Positions 14,201 to 27,119 of a DNA stretch of 64,000 bases are shown piece by piece. The position numbers were made by a program, and so were the translations under genes. Source of the DNA: Takakia lepidozioides (lineage: Eukaryota > Plantae > Bryophyta); the NCBI GenBank assembly GCA_030704615.1, contig CM060734.1:41912001-41976000 (forward strand), written 5' to 3'. The notes beneath the pieces were generated by a model, which was not told where the DNA came from, ran no database searches, and saw nothing but the letters and a program-made list of their open reading frames with translations. Each line of letters starts with the position of its first letter. Position 1 is the stretch's first letter.

Positions 14201-14978
14201 ATAGGAAGAGCAAGCCATCAAAATTTGTACATGCACACGTAGTTACATTGAAGGTTGTCCACTTGTACGTACCATGCTGCAGCATTGACCCCATTATGAA
14301 GTTGTCAAGTTTCTGAGAACCTCAAAGACATCTGATAGCTGAAGTGGGTTTTTCCAAAGAGCTTGACTAGGCAAGTGCCAGCCTGCCAGGCAGAGTAAGA
14401 AACTGCTCATTCCGTATGTTATGAAATGTCTGGTCCAAATCTTCCGATGTCAAACTCTGGCTCAGACAAAAATCTTGGAGCTGCGACAAATATGACTTCC
14501 GTGATTCCTAACCACAACTTCCATGACTTGGCCATTCGGTTCTCCCCACTCTTGGACCGCGAGCCGGATGCAAATGTCTCCCAGACAGTGCAGAGAGAGT
14601 GGCCGTAGAGCAGCAGCCTGGTGGCACCCAAGCCTTAATCTCGGGGTTGATCGCCTTCCCGGGACCCACGGCCATGAAGGCCAACCAGAGAGAGAGAGAG
14701 AGAGAGAGAGATGTTTCCAACTCAACAGTCATCTTTTGTTTTAAAAAAACCAAGAAAGGGGACTGAGGCTGTTTTACTCAATTTAAGAGGAGTCACAGGA
14801 AGTTCTTGACAGGGTTTAGGAAAGCTTGGATACCTTCCATCTCTTCCACCATTCAGGTACAGTTGAACTAGGCAGTCATTTACCCCAGTCATTCACCCTC
14901 GTTATTGAAGAAAATCAGCTTAAATTCACCATCAAATCAAATCACAGAGATTTTGATATTTGTAAAATAAGCAACATC

Positions 14979-15140
14979 GGTTGGTAGCTCAGCTGGTAAG
15001 TGCACAGTGCGTCACCTCGGTGGTTTGGGGCTCAAACCCGCTGCCCTGGCCCGTCCCTGTGTGGATTGTTCATGGCCGTCTATCTGGGCGTTGTTCGTCC
15101 TGTACGTCTCATGGCCCATAAATGAAAGGGGGTTAATTTT
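14979..15140 (+). repeat. tRNA-derived SINE-like repeat; related copies at 15225-15385 (-), 15461-15612 (+), 19960-20114 (+)
   Basis: Head GGTAGCTCAGCTGGTAAG-TGCACAG..GG(C/T)TCAAACCC. The + copies share the tail CATGG(C/T)CCATAAATGAAAGGGGGTTA(A)TTTT. Confidence 0.55.
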
Positions 15141-15954
15141 TTTTTTTTGTTTTTGCTTTTAAAGGGAAACACCTGGGAGCGATAGCTCACAAATCAGGCC
15201 CCTTAGTTATTAATTATAGTGAGAGGAAAAAATAACCTCTTTCAAAGTAACCTCTCCATGAAGGCTTTCACATGGGACACCGCCCAAGGGAAGGGTGAGA
15301 AGAACATACCACAGCCATCAAGGTAGCAGGATTTGACCCCCAAATCATCTGGGTAGCACTGAGTGCACTATCCAACTGAGCAACCAAACGTTGGTTTAAC
15401 TTTTCCCCCCTACTCAAGCTCCCAGGTTTCCTTTTACAGCAAAAGAGAAGAAAAGCACATCTCAGCGGTAAAGTGCACAGTGTGTGTCGCCCTGGTGGTT
15501 CCGGGTTCAAACCCGCTGCCCTGCCCCCTGTGTGGGATTGTTTGTGACGGTTGATCGTCCTGTAGGTCCCATGGCCCATAAATGAAAGGGGGTTAATTTT
15601 TCCCCCCTCCTCAAGTGCAAGAATGGCCTCTTCTCATATCCCAACAATATTTTTCTAACGATCTGACCTACCTGATGACATCCCACCTGCCTCCTTCATC
15701 CAATATTCCTATCCATTGACTACACCAACTAGATAAATGGGCATGCGGAACCCCATGGTAGTGGGCGGTTCACCGAACGAAGGTAATGAGTGGATGCACG
15801 CCCATCCATATAGTCCGTTAGATCTGTAGAAGCTTATTATGCCATGGATGCGCACATGGGCTTCCCAAAGGGAATATAGAATATGCATAGAGAATGGTTG
15901 GGCAATGTTTCCTACCTATGTATGAGGAACTAGCCAATTTGCATAGTTGCTGAG

Positions 15955-17109
15955 TAGCGAATTCCAAAAAGGCCTTGATGTGAAATGCATTGCAATTCAC
16001 TTGATCACCCCCTTAAAAGTGCGCAATTCAATTGAATTGCAAGGGCAATTCAATTAAACTGCTGAAACTAGCTTGAAAACAACCCTATTTTGCAATTCAA
16101 TTGAATTGTCACTACACGATTCAATTGAATTGCTGACTACAATTCAAATGAATTGTTATCTATAATTTTTAACTTATTTTTGTATATATTGTATATATAT
16201 GTACATATTTAAATTATACATATATGGATACAAAAGTATAAGCTAAAAATACATGTTGCCTGTCTATCAATCCTTTGCCCGTGGTAAGGCTTGAGCCCAA
16301 GATAAGCCTAAGGGAGAGGGAGAGAGGGAGAGAGAGAGAGGAAGTCACGAAGCTTTTGTAAAAGCAGGATTGTCCCTCTTTGTGGATGTTGGTGCCAATA
16401 TATGGCTATGTACATATACCAAACATGATACCAATGTAAGAGTATCAACGTGTAAGAGTTTGATATATTAAACTTATATGGAATACACATCCCAACTTCA
16501 ACTGATACCTTACGATATCGAAACAATATTATTTTTTATAATTCTCAAGATAAACATATCATTTGTTTTCTTTGTCCTGGGCCAGATACTAGTGTTAGGG
16601 GACTACATGATGATGCAGGGGAAACCTTTCATCAATTGTCAGGTTTGATTTTGTCTGTTTCTTTCAAAACCAGCCATGTTTCTTTTGCCATTGAATCACA
16701 GGAAGCTGCTGATCTCTCTCCCTCTTTGGCTCTCCCTTTCTCGCTGAGGGTGAGGCTGGCTTCACAACTCCACAACTTCCTCAAGGGCACAAGAAAGAGG
16801 GGCAGCAAGAATAGACGGGCAACATGTATTTTTAGCTTATACTCTTATATGTGTATAAGTATAATTTAGATATATACATATATATTATATTATTTATATT
16901 ATATACAGAAATAAGTTTAAAATTATAGATTACAATTCAATTCAATTGTAGTCAGCAGTTCAATTGAATTGCAAATTAGGGTTGCTTTCAAGCTAGTTTT
17001 AGCACCTCAATTGAATTGCCCTTGCAATTCAATTGAATTGTGCACTTTTAGGGGGGTGATCAAGTGAATTGCTATGAATTTCACATCAAGGCCTTTTTGG
17101 AATTCCCTA
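15955..17109. mobile_element. Non-autonomous foldback/MITE element with ~230-bp TIRs
   Basis: TAGCGAATTCCAAAAAGGCCTTGATGTGAAAT..., with repeated AATTCAATTGAATTG modules, is mirrored at ~16880-17109. GCTGAG flanks both ends (15949-15954 and 17110-17115). Confidence 0.8.
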
Positions 17110-17724
17110 GCTGAGGGCTTTTTTGAAGGGGAAGGATGGAGGCGAAATATAAGCAATGCATGCATCCTTGTAAAGCTACCAATAGTACATGTAAAGCTGC
17201 AGCACAGCAAATGAGGTTCAAACAGTACGGACTTGGGTAGCATTCGAGAGGAGCCCCTGCTACCCGATATAGCACCATGGTGTCGGCATGACACCTCGCC
17301 GCTGTCGCGGCTCAGTAGGTCCTGGCTCCCTGCTATATCAGGAGGCATGGGCTCCTCTCGAACGCTACCTGACATAACCGGTTTTTAGGGCACCGAGCCA
17401 GTCAGTTTACCCTTGTACGTACCTACCACCACGTTTTCTATCCATTTGGAGCTGTCATATGAAGTTTTCATCCCGGCAGCAGGTAGGTAGGTGGTTAAAA
17501 TCTAGTAAGTCGTAGAATACAACATATAGCACCCCTCCTCATATCCAGTAGAAACACGCCACGTCAGCGAGTCTGCTCTGCTCGGTAATGATCTCATACT
17601 TTTCGGCCAATCTTCCACAGCCACGAAGTCCCCTCCCACGCTCTCACATGTGGGGCGGGGCCACTTTACTTTGCAGGTCGCCAAAAAGCGGCCAATCCGC
17701 CCGTGTACCCTTTGCAGCGGCAAA

Positions 17725-20700
17725 GGTGTTTTTTGACAGGACGGCCTACCTTTTTTATGACAGATTATTTTCTTTTTGATTTTCACTCTCACATGTGCGG
17801 GCCTTTCACATGACATGTTGTCAAGTTTTTGACTCCCTTTCACAAAACCATTTCTTATCAAATTAAAAATAAAAATTGAAAAGAAATGCGAACTTCTTCT
17901 TACAATTAGTCCAAAATAACAACCCTTGGGTTTCTCATGTTGCGCCACACTTCAAACACCACCCTCCAATCCATATTTTCCAACTCCATACCGCATAATG
18001 ACAATCACATCCAAAGTATCCAAACTCTAGCAAGATTGTAAACGTCTTTTGATGGCATTATGTTTTGAGAAACCCTTCTTAAAAACTGCCCTACTTCTAG
18101 GAATCACAGGTACCTTTTGCCAAAGATGTATGAGGAGTGGCTAAATACCGTAGTACCTTGGCAATTCACAAATTATAATATTTCAAAGATTGTTGAAAAT
18201 TTTGGAAATTGATTTTGTGAAATTAAATAACTTTGTGAATGATAATAAAGCATATTTGGGAATATTCTATGTGTTGAAATGAAATTCTCAAAATAAAATA
18301 AATATTCGATAGATGATTGTTGAACTTGCCAAGGTACTACGGTAAGTATGCCAGTTGTATGTGCTTGCACAAAATTACAAAGCACTTGCTGGTATCCAAA
18401 GCACTTGCTACTTTCAGCTACTTCGCTTGGCCAAAACATGGCTAGACTTAAATTATTCAAATGACCACTTAGCCAAGATTAGTTGGGATGATAAAATAAA
18501 AATTGCGTCCTAACCAGTGTTGGTCTGGTATCTTGAATTGGAAATACCATAAGGGTCCTGGTATGCAGTGCTGAATTTAAGGCAGGTAGGTTTTCCAATA
18601 ATGCAGCCTCTGATTTTTTCAAGTATGAATCTGGTATGCATAGAGTGGTTTTAAAAAACATCAATCCGGATATGAGCAATGGTATCTGAATGTCAATAAC
18701 CTAGAAATATGAACTCGGATATGGTTTTTTTTTTTTTTTTTTTAAATGGTACTAGTGTTCAAATTCAAATTCAATATTGAAATGGCCATTTCAATATTCA
18801 AGATATCCACAAGGGAAACTTGCTCATCTCATAGGATACCATACAATTATACACTGAATCAGAATTGCATCCATAGTGTTTTGCAAATGAAAATCAAAGT
18901 GTCATAATTAAAACAGCTAGTATATGCCCCTAGCCCTAAATCTCTACTCTACATCCCAAAGTACCCTGCATCCATAATGTCTATATGTGCATATTAACAT
19001 GATACCCGAACAAACCTGCAGCGACGAGTCGAGCTATGATAGGGGGCGGGGAAAGGAGAACCCTAATCGCTGCTTGTTAGGGTTTGGGGGGCCACCGGGG
19101 AACTCGAGAACCTTCGGGTAGGGTACTACAAATGTTTACAGGAACATAGCACAACAGTAGGTTAGGTTAGGAGAGACCCGGGTTGATACCCTGCGAAACC
19201 TAGATACCAAACCAACACTCGTCCTAACTTTAGGCTGCTTAACCTTGCCACATTAGCATATTCGACTGCCACATGGACATTGGGTTTCCATTGAAAGCCT
19301 AGTCTAACATATCAACATGCTTAATGATCACCAGATTAGTCCGATGAACCACCACCACCACATTATCCCCATATTAGTATGGGGTGCATATTTTTAAAAT
19401 CGGTATAGAGGCATGTGGCATCGAAAATGAATACATAAAACTGCGTTGGAGATGCAACTTTGAGCAAAAAAATCATAGTCGAATACAAAGATTCCAACAT
19501 AATAAAAATATATGTTCAACAGTTGACATATATTAACTCGTTACTCCGAATAAAATATAAGGGTTCATCTCTATGAATGATTTGGAAGGGCAATGTTTTC
19601 ATAATGTCTTCATTTGAAGAGCAATCTGATCTGAGAACTCCTCCAGATTTGGTGCTTGGATGATTTTAGACGACCAAGGAACCGGGTTCGATGGCTGTTG
19701 CTGAGTTTTTCAGTGGTTACAAGTTTTAAACCAACTGTCTGACTAGTGAATTTAATAAGCCATTATAGGCACTTCTACCCTACTCAACTAGCCGCTTGTA
19801 AGTGTCACAAGGCATTTGACAGGCAAAAAAAGGCGAAAAAAAAAACGGCCTGTCAAAAGAAAGGCAAAAACAAAAAATTGCCTGTCACAGTGAAAGGCAA
19901 AAAAGAAAATGGCCTGTCAAAAGAAAGGTAACAATTACAAAGGAAATGTACAAGCACATCGGCTGGTAAGTTAAGTGCACAAAGCGTCGCCTTGGTGGTT
20001 CAAGGTTCAAAGCCGCTTCCCTGCTCCCTGTGGGGATTGTTTGTGGCGTATCGTCCGTTGTGCCTCCATGGTCCATAAATGAAAGGGGGTTATTTTTCCC
20101 CCTCCTCAAGGGCCTGAATTGTGGGCTGTCAGTTGCGTGTTGCATGCAGGCCTCTAGGTTGGCTTACTCTTCAGGGGATCTTGGGTTCTACCTTCAATGA
20201 AAGCTACATTGGGCCATGAGTAGAGCTCTGTGGTTTGTAGATCTTTATCATAAACCTTAACAGTGCTAACTTATCCACGTTTCAGGTGATCAGGTCTGAA
20301 GTCTTGACCATTGTTTTGCAATATGTATTTGACTCTAGCTGCTTTGGTTACACGCTCGAGCACGTCATTTCTGTTTATTGGAAGAATACAACCCCAAGAT
20401 TAGCTAGCTGAATTTCAATGATTTTGATCTTCGAAGAGTTCTCATCAGTGATTTTCTTCTTAAATTTGAAAAATAGCACGAGTGGCTATTAAGTTTTACA
20501 AGAAATAGCTATATATTCTGTTCATCCATTGAAATTTGGATAGAATCATCCTCCTATGTACTTTCATCCATTTATATCATCCTTTGTTATATTATCTTTG
20601 TAGAAGTTTGGCGATTTCATCCATGGAAAATTGGGAATTTATGACAGAATATTCCATTTTAAAATTTTAAGGTTTCGCCAAGGCAAAAAACACTGGTTCT

Positions 20701-21180
20701 CATATACTGCTCCGGGTGTGAAATGGCAACTTTAGTCATCTAGTGCTCAAGATTTACTTCAAGAAATAGGCACTTGGGCCTTAAGTTCACAACGATCTAC
20801 GTAGTAGTTTGGGAATGCAGCTATTCAGAGCCTCGCCTGCATGTAAAGACTGGTTGTCCAAGCCCCTCCGCGCTCTGTTGGATTATAATTAGGACCCCAG
20901 CAATTTGCACTTTCATAGGTGTGGTGCGCATGATCCAGGGAGTCTTCCAAGTTCCAGCAAGCAACATAGTCTAAGTGATTGAGCCCCCAAAGATGTGTAA
21001 GAAGTTCACACTTCAAACTACACACTTCTTTTCATTTTTTATTTTTTATTTCATATGACATGGTTGTGTGAAAGGTCAAAATCTTGTCAACCTGTCATGT
21101 GAAAGGCATTTTCTGAAAGTTGAAAGTCAAAAAAAAATTAACCTGTCACAAAAAAGGTAGGGCTACCTGTCAAAAAACAA
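17725..21180. repeat. Degenerate inverted repeat pair (~17725-17850 and ~21055-21180), possibly an old DNA transposon
   Basis: TTTTGACAGG..CCTACCTTTTT..TGACAG..CCTTTCACATGACA.GTTG.CAAG.TTTTGAC at 17.73-17.83 kb matches the reverse complement of 21.06-21.18 kb. Related CCTGTCA modules occur at 19.8-19.92 kb. No TSD found. Confidence 0.45.
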
Positions 21181-22288
21181 CACTCTTTGGGAAGCTCAGG
21201 CGAATTGGGTAAGGGTCCTAAACATGGTGTCAATTACGATTAAGCTTAACTTAACAAGAAAGTTTAGACTAATGAACCACCTACGAGTTTGATCTATTTA
21301 GCTTTAAATGTTGCTAAGGCCCAGTAACCTCTGCAAGAAGATGGATGCTGTAACCGCGGTGCACAGGGATGGCAAGTGAATGCATATGAACAGATGCTGC
21401 TCCCCACAGATGAAACAACGAGGTCATGGATAACGAAGCATGTGCACCAAATTGGGTCACAGGAGGAGAGAAGATTGACGTTCTGGAGCCTTCCCGAACT
21501 TCCTGTCTAACGATTATAACAAATTTCTACGTGACTTTTTATGTACTAGAGAACGGGCCGTGTTTGGCCGATTCTGCCCTGTAAGCGGCCTTTGGGCGAG
21601 TGTCTAATTTACATAAATCCTTTTTTAAAGTGCCTAAAAAGAATATTCTAAATTTAATAATTATTAGGCACTGGGGTGCCTAATCTGCTATGAACCTACG
21701 GTAATCGGCCATCCCTGCAGTAGACCCTGGGTGGCCGATTCCGCCTGAGAATTAGTCTCAAAAGTGGCAGAATACGCCACACCTGCCTTTAACGTGATTG
21801 GAAGTGGCCATCACGAGCAGCAGTGGTCCATGCAACACATTGTCATGTCTATTGTTGTTTAGTGCAGATCGGCGGCGCATGCACAGCCTTGCTGGCTGGC
21901 TGGATGCCGCTCCTTCCATAAAGTTGTGTGGTTGGAACTTGGACCCCTGCTGTTTCTTACCGTACAGGTAGGTGCCCGTTTCTAGCTGTTTGAAGGTAAG
22001 AATCCAGATATTTGTGGCAAGTTCGCACAAATTGGTAGGGTGCGGTACTGCGAACAGATCCCGAGAAAATTGGGCTCTGCTTTAGTGTGAAAACAGTGGA
22101 ATTGCTGCTGACTCGACCATGGCTGCATTGGGAGCACTGCCCTTTCTTCCACCAATTTTTCGCTAAATTTTGGATGTCTTTGGAATGTTGATCTACAGGC
22201 GTTGAGATGGGGAGAAGATGTGGTGTTAGGGTTACATAGCTTTCGACAAAGAACTAGGTGTGGCGTGGGAGGGAGGTTGGGGGGATGC

Positions 22289-23424
22289 ATGGTGGTCCAG
22301 CAGCTGCGCTTGGGCTTATGGCTGCGCTACTGGGCAGGCCTGCGCCTTGCACCTCATGTGGGCACGCCCACCCATGTTGCGAACCGCATGCTGAAGCTTG
22401 CCTCTGTGGGACATCAGGATAGAGTAATCGACCTCGGCTGCGGCGATGGTCGTCTGCTCATTGCTGGTAAGTTCTCTCTCTATGGGGTTGTGCTCGATTA
22501 ACACACTCCGGGTTTGTTTTTGTCCCCTTCGCCCTCGTCTATCATGCACCTTCTCTATCCTGTCCCGTTTCCGTTGATGGCGGTGAAATAGGGTTTGGAG
22601 TTGGTGCAATTCAATCACAAGTTGCATCATGCCAAGTGGAACATTCAATACACGACGAAGACCGAGAGAACAATCTCCTCATTGAAGCGTGCTCAATTGG
22701 CCAAACTCCATGCCCGATTTGGAGAGATAGAGGGCCTGAGAACAGTCCCAAAGGACAGATCAGCTATTTTCTTAGGAGAACTTTCTTTTTCGCACAATTG
22801 GCTTTAGCCTAGCAAGTAAGATACAGATTTTTAGGTTACTGTCAGACAAAGGGAGCTTTTGCTGTCCGTGTCTGTTTCTCTCCATATTTCCTACTCAACT
22901 AGGCACATTGGTGTTTGTGACTAGCAAATAAGCTCTATCACAAACGGCATGTATTGGCTGTTGAGATGAAAGCAGAGTGTATGTATTACAAACACATGAC
23001 TAAGGTAGGGTTTGTGATGAGAAAGCATGGGCATTATCTTGCAAGTCTTCAGGCAACTGGTAATTGGATTGTTCTTTTGCCAGCTGCAAAGCAGTATGGA
23101 GCGAAAGGGTACGGTGTGGAGCTTGACCCACATCTATTTGCAGAGGCAGAGAGAGCGGTGGCCCAGGAAGGTCTGGGGCACTTGATAACTTTAGAGCTTC
23201 GAGATGCCTTCACTGTGGACTTGACAAGGGCTTCGGTGGTTACTCTATATCTGAGTGTGAAAGGAAATAGTCGGCTTCTGCCCATGTTACAACAACAGCT
23301 ACGGGCTGACGTTCGTGTGGTTTCTTTTTGCTGGCCGTTTGAGGCCCTAGAGCCTTCCTCAGTTGCCCAAGTGGACGGGATCAATGTCTATCTTTACAGG
23401 TTTAATGTTTCCAAAGAGACCTAA
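22289..23424 (+). CDS. Class I SAM-dependent methyltransferase (FAM173/ATPSCKMT-like or bacterial-type); exons 22289-22466 and 23084-23424 (~172 aa)
   Basis: APHVGTP; motif I VIDLGCGDGRLLIAAAKQYGA; post-I GYGVELD; ASVVTLYL; RVVSF. A GT-AG intron joins the exons in frame. The start codon is tentative. Confidence 0.8.
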
Positions 23425-24149
23425 CTTTTCTTTCCAGGGGACTAAGCTGCCTTAATTTGGTAGGTGTAAAGGGGAGGGCGCAGCCAATATTTTTTTTTAA
23501 ATTTGGTGGCGCGCATTTATAAGCTTGGTTCGTGCTTTCCCGCGTAGCGACTTTCACAATACGTGTGCATCCAGCTATTTCGGGGAAACTTTGATGTGGA
23601 TGTACCATTCTTCAAGATCAGACAATCCCGAGGGAAGTGCTTTGAGCTCATATCAAGAGCACCCCGTAAAGACTATGAAAATAAGGAGATAGAAGATATG
23701 GAAAAGAATAGGCAAAGGCCCATCAAGCTGACGGAGCATCGAACAGGAGAAGGCAAGGCTTCCATTTCAGGTGAAGAAAATTGCTGGCCTGCGAGTTGTG
23801 AAATTTTTACGGTGATGAAGGGAAGTGAGTTGACAAGCTGCTCTGATTCTCACCTGCTTTCACTTTGTCCTTGGTTGGTTGGTTGAAGACGGATGCATCA
23901 CATGGTGACCTGGTACACCATCTCTTAGTTTTCTCTGCATCTTCAAAATATCTGCGCACCTCATGGGGAACAAGACGAGAAATCCCGAAATCCCGAAATC
24001 CGACTCCTCTGTCCGCATCCGGCCTAATCCCTTCTGACATCCATACACATTGAGCACGCCAGCCTTGATGCTGTAGTCTGTGTCGAACACAACCTCCAAT
24101 TTCAAGTTTGGCTATGGGAGGGTTAGTATCTAGGGCACTGCAAGTGCAT

Positions 24150-25600
24150 GTCACAGTCGTGTGTCATACTCACTTTTATCTTCGAGTTTTGAAGAAGCTG
24201 CACGAGCCACCATCAATCAGAACTGCACTCTGATATTTTTTCATCAACATCAGAGACAGTTCTCAACCTTGTGACATGATGGCTTTCTTTCACCCAAGGA
24301 GAATTCAACCAATCCTCAATCCGCAGGACCTCAGGTGTGCACTGCTTATGCCAGTAGTCTGGAAACTTAGGATTGGCATGTGGAAACTACCAGGGTGCAG
24401 ATAAGCAGCCACAGGAATAACCAAATCCACAATAGTTAGCCCTCCCAAGTACCTGCAAACTCCAGGGAGATGACCTTGCAAATGCTACTTTCAGGTCTTG
24501 TTTAGGAAGAACAACCCCAAGGAAGATACACACAGTACTGACAGTAAGAGCAGTTTTTGCAGAACAAAACCAAGATAACTTCACTGAGCAACTACGAATT
24601 TAATCCAGTCCACAGCATATGATCATACCGAGTCAGCCAATGACTGACTGCATCACTTCCTGCATGAAGATCTCCACCTTGTCACTTATTATAGTTGTAA
24701 ACGACCGGTATTGCCCCATGCTCCAGCCTTGACCTTCCTGCCATGTCAAATATAGCCAGTGTCTGAGACTACCTTGTGGGGTTCCCTTGCAGGAGTAATG
24801 CATCGATTGTTCCCTTTATCTACTGGCCAACCCACCACTTGGCTTCCAAGGATGTAGCAATTGAAGGACTTTTGAAAGACCATGCACCTTTGCTCAAGGC
24901 CCACAGCCAACAACTTTTCTACTTTCATTACAAACAGAGGATCTTGGCCGAGTCTGAAGAACTATTCCAGCCAGCGGCTTTGAGCAATTGTGGATGTTTC
25001 ACAGATCTGCGAAAGTGTTTACGTGTTTACCTTCAGAGAGCTGGTCAACAGGATTCTGCACGTTGTAGCTGTCTTCTCGGACAACTAAGCCCCCTGCAAA
25101 TCCTGTAATCTACAGACTCCGCAAACTATCGAACATTGCTTGTTATTGTACCCGGTGGCAACCAGAGGTTGGAATCTGACTCGATCCTTTCATTCCTCCT
25201 GGCGTTCTGATTTCAACTTCTATGCCTTAGTCCTACAGCTAAATTTCAACTCTGGGTCACGCTGGAGTTCTTGCCCAGTGGGGGCGACAGTCCGTGTTCA
25301 TACCCTCTGGAACATTTGGCAGGCTAGGTATGGAACACTTCCTCCCAGCACGGGGATCCCTTAGTGCCAGGCTCTCTCCTTCTGCGCTCGCCTGCTGATG
25401 GCTGCTGATGGTGACGACCCAGAAGTCAACTTGCGCCACCGCAGTCTTAGGAAAGGTGAATCTAAAGTTCAATTGTCTTTCAACATTGCTACTTGGCTTC
25501 ATGCTTCTTGGCCACTCTTTGCTCCTTGTCTCATCTCGCTTCCTCCTTGGTCACGGGCCAGTATCTCCTTTGTAAGCCTTCATCTTAACAAGGATATTTT
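24150..25600 (+). pseudogene. Highly decayed L1-type LINE ORF2 3' remnant
   Basis: Zinc-finger-like PCKSCNLQTPQTIEHC (~25092-25138) followed by TLWNIWQAR, typical of L1 ORF2 C-termini. Many stops; boundaries approximate. Confidence 0.4.
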
Positions 25601-25772
25601 TTCCTTGTACTTTTTTATTCAAAGATGTTTGGATCGGAAGGAAGGAGATGACAGATGAAGACGACAAGAGCAACAAACAACAGTGCACGAGTTGTGCTTT
25701 ACTGGTAAAAATACAAATTGAGCACATAAATGGTCTAAGTAGAAAGAATGAAGGTTCTAAAACAATGGCTTT

Positions 25773-27119
25773 TCAGATGACATAGTCAGACCACCCCTTG
25801 ATGAAGGATGTATGGTCCATGGTCTCACTAGGAATCTCCTTCAGCTTTGAAGGGCTTTTCCCGCCTACTAGTCGAGCTGGATTCCCAACAGCCGTTGTGC
25901 GTGGGGGTACATCAATCAGAACTACTGAGCAAGCCCCTATCTTTGCTCCCTCACCTATCTTGATGTTGCCAAGAATGGTTGCCCCTGCTCCTATCAAGAC
26001 TCCGTCTCCAATTTTAGGATGACGATCGCCCCCATGGGCGCCAGTACCTCCTAATGTAACATGATGCAAAATTGATACATTGTTTCCTATAGTAGCTGTC
26101 TCTCCCACCACCAAACCTGTGGCGTGATCCAACAGGATACTGGATCCAATTTTTGCAGCTGGATGGATATCGACATGGAAGACCTCAGACACTCTACTCT
26201 GTATTAGCAATGCGAGAGCGTTGCGGCCTTGGTTCCACAACCTGTGGGCTACCCTGTAAGCTTGGCAGGCAAGAAAGCCCTTGAAGTTAAGCATGCAATG
26301 TGAGTAGGAAACACATGCTGGATCCCTCTCCTTGACAGCCTTGATGTCCTCTCTGAAGGCACGGCGAATATCGGCAGATTCCATGAAAGTGTCAATTATG
26401 AGGGTGAACAGCTGCGTGCTAAGAAGAGTGCTGTTAGAAAGCTTGTTGCCAAGATGGAAAGCAAGTGCGCGTTCCAAAGACCTGTGTGATAGTATAGACG
26501 AGTTCAAGAAGCTCGCTAACAAAGGCTCCCTCACCGAGTCCCAACGTGCTTCCTCCCGCATTTGCAGCCATAGCTCGTCTTCTTCACCAAGTGCAGGAAG
26601 TTCGTCAGCAGAACTCAAATCCACATCTCTCATAAGAGAGAAATCCGCTGCATTGAACTGTAACGCTGCCTCCGCGAGCTGCCCAAAACTAGTCTCCATA
26701 CTTACACCCCGCGACTCCAAGAGGGGAATTGCAGTTCTAAGAGTCTCTCTCAACATCCTCAAATCTACACCATGACCGTTGCTGGATCCCTTTTCCTCCA
26801 TCAACACAGCCATCGGACCTAGAGGCAGTCCCACACTAGAGCCAAACCTGCTCTTCTTTGATCCCCGACTGGACACAGAACTGGTCAGCAAAGAATTCCC
26901 ACCCATGGAACCCATCGACGACAAAGGAGACGACGAGCATTCAGACCTCACACAAGAGGAGCCCCCGTCAGACCGAAGAGCTAGAGACACTGGAGCGCAC
27001 TTCACACAACCCGAAGAGCAAAACCGCGGCTTGATGGCCGTCTCGGCGGGCGTAACTGCATTAGACAGCACTACAGCATCCATCCTCGCCACAGAAGCTA
27101 AATTCCTTACCGCACTCAT
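25773..27119 (-). CDS. SAT: Serine O-acetyltransferase, intronless, with a Ser-rich N-terminal extension (likely organellar transit peptide); 448 aa
   Basis: ERDPAC, NFKGFLACQAYRVAHRLW, VDIHPAAKIG..LDHATG, LGGTG..DRHPKIG hexapeptide repeats, AVGNPAR. The C-terminus WSDYVI ends in the Ile used for cysteine synthase complex binding. Confidence 0.96.
   Translation of the reverse strand: MSAVRNLASVARMDAVVLSNAVTPAETAIKPRFCSSGCVKCAPVSLALRSDGGSSCVRSECSSSPLSSMGSMGGNSLLTSSVSSRGSKKSRFGSSVGLPLGPMAVLMEEKGSSNGHGVDLRMLRETLRTAIPLLESRGVSMETSFGQLAEAALQFNAADFSLMRDVDLSSADELPALGEEDELWLQMREEARWDSVREPLLASFLNSSILSHRSLERALAFHLGNKLSNSTLLSTQLFTLIIDTFMESADIRRAFREDIKAVKERDPACVSYSHCMLNFKGFLACQAYRVAHRLWNQGRNALALLIQSRVSEVFHVDIHPAAKIGSSILLDHATGLVVGETATIGNNVSILHHVTLGGTGAHGGDRHPKIGDGVLIGAGATILGNIKIGEGAKIGACSVVLIDVPPRTTAVGNPARLVGGKSPSKLKEIPSETMDHTSFIKGWSDYVI

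Noticed and set aside
14979-15060. tRNA gene
   Set aside because: A- and B-box-like motifs are present, but there is no closed cloverleaf and the downstream tail is shared by dispersed copies; treated as SINE-like.
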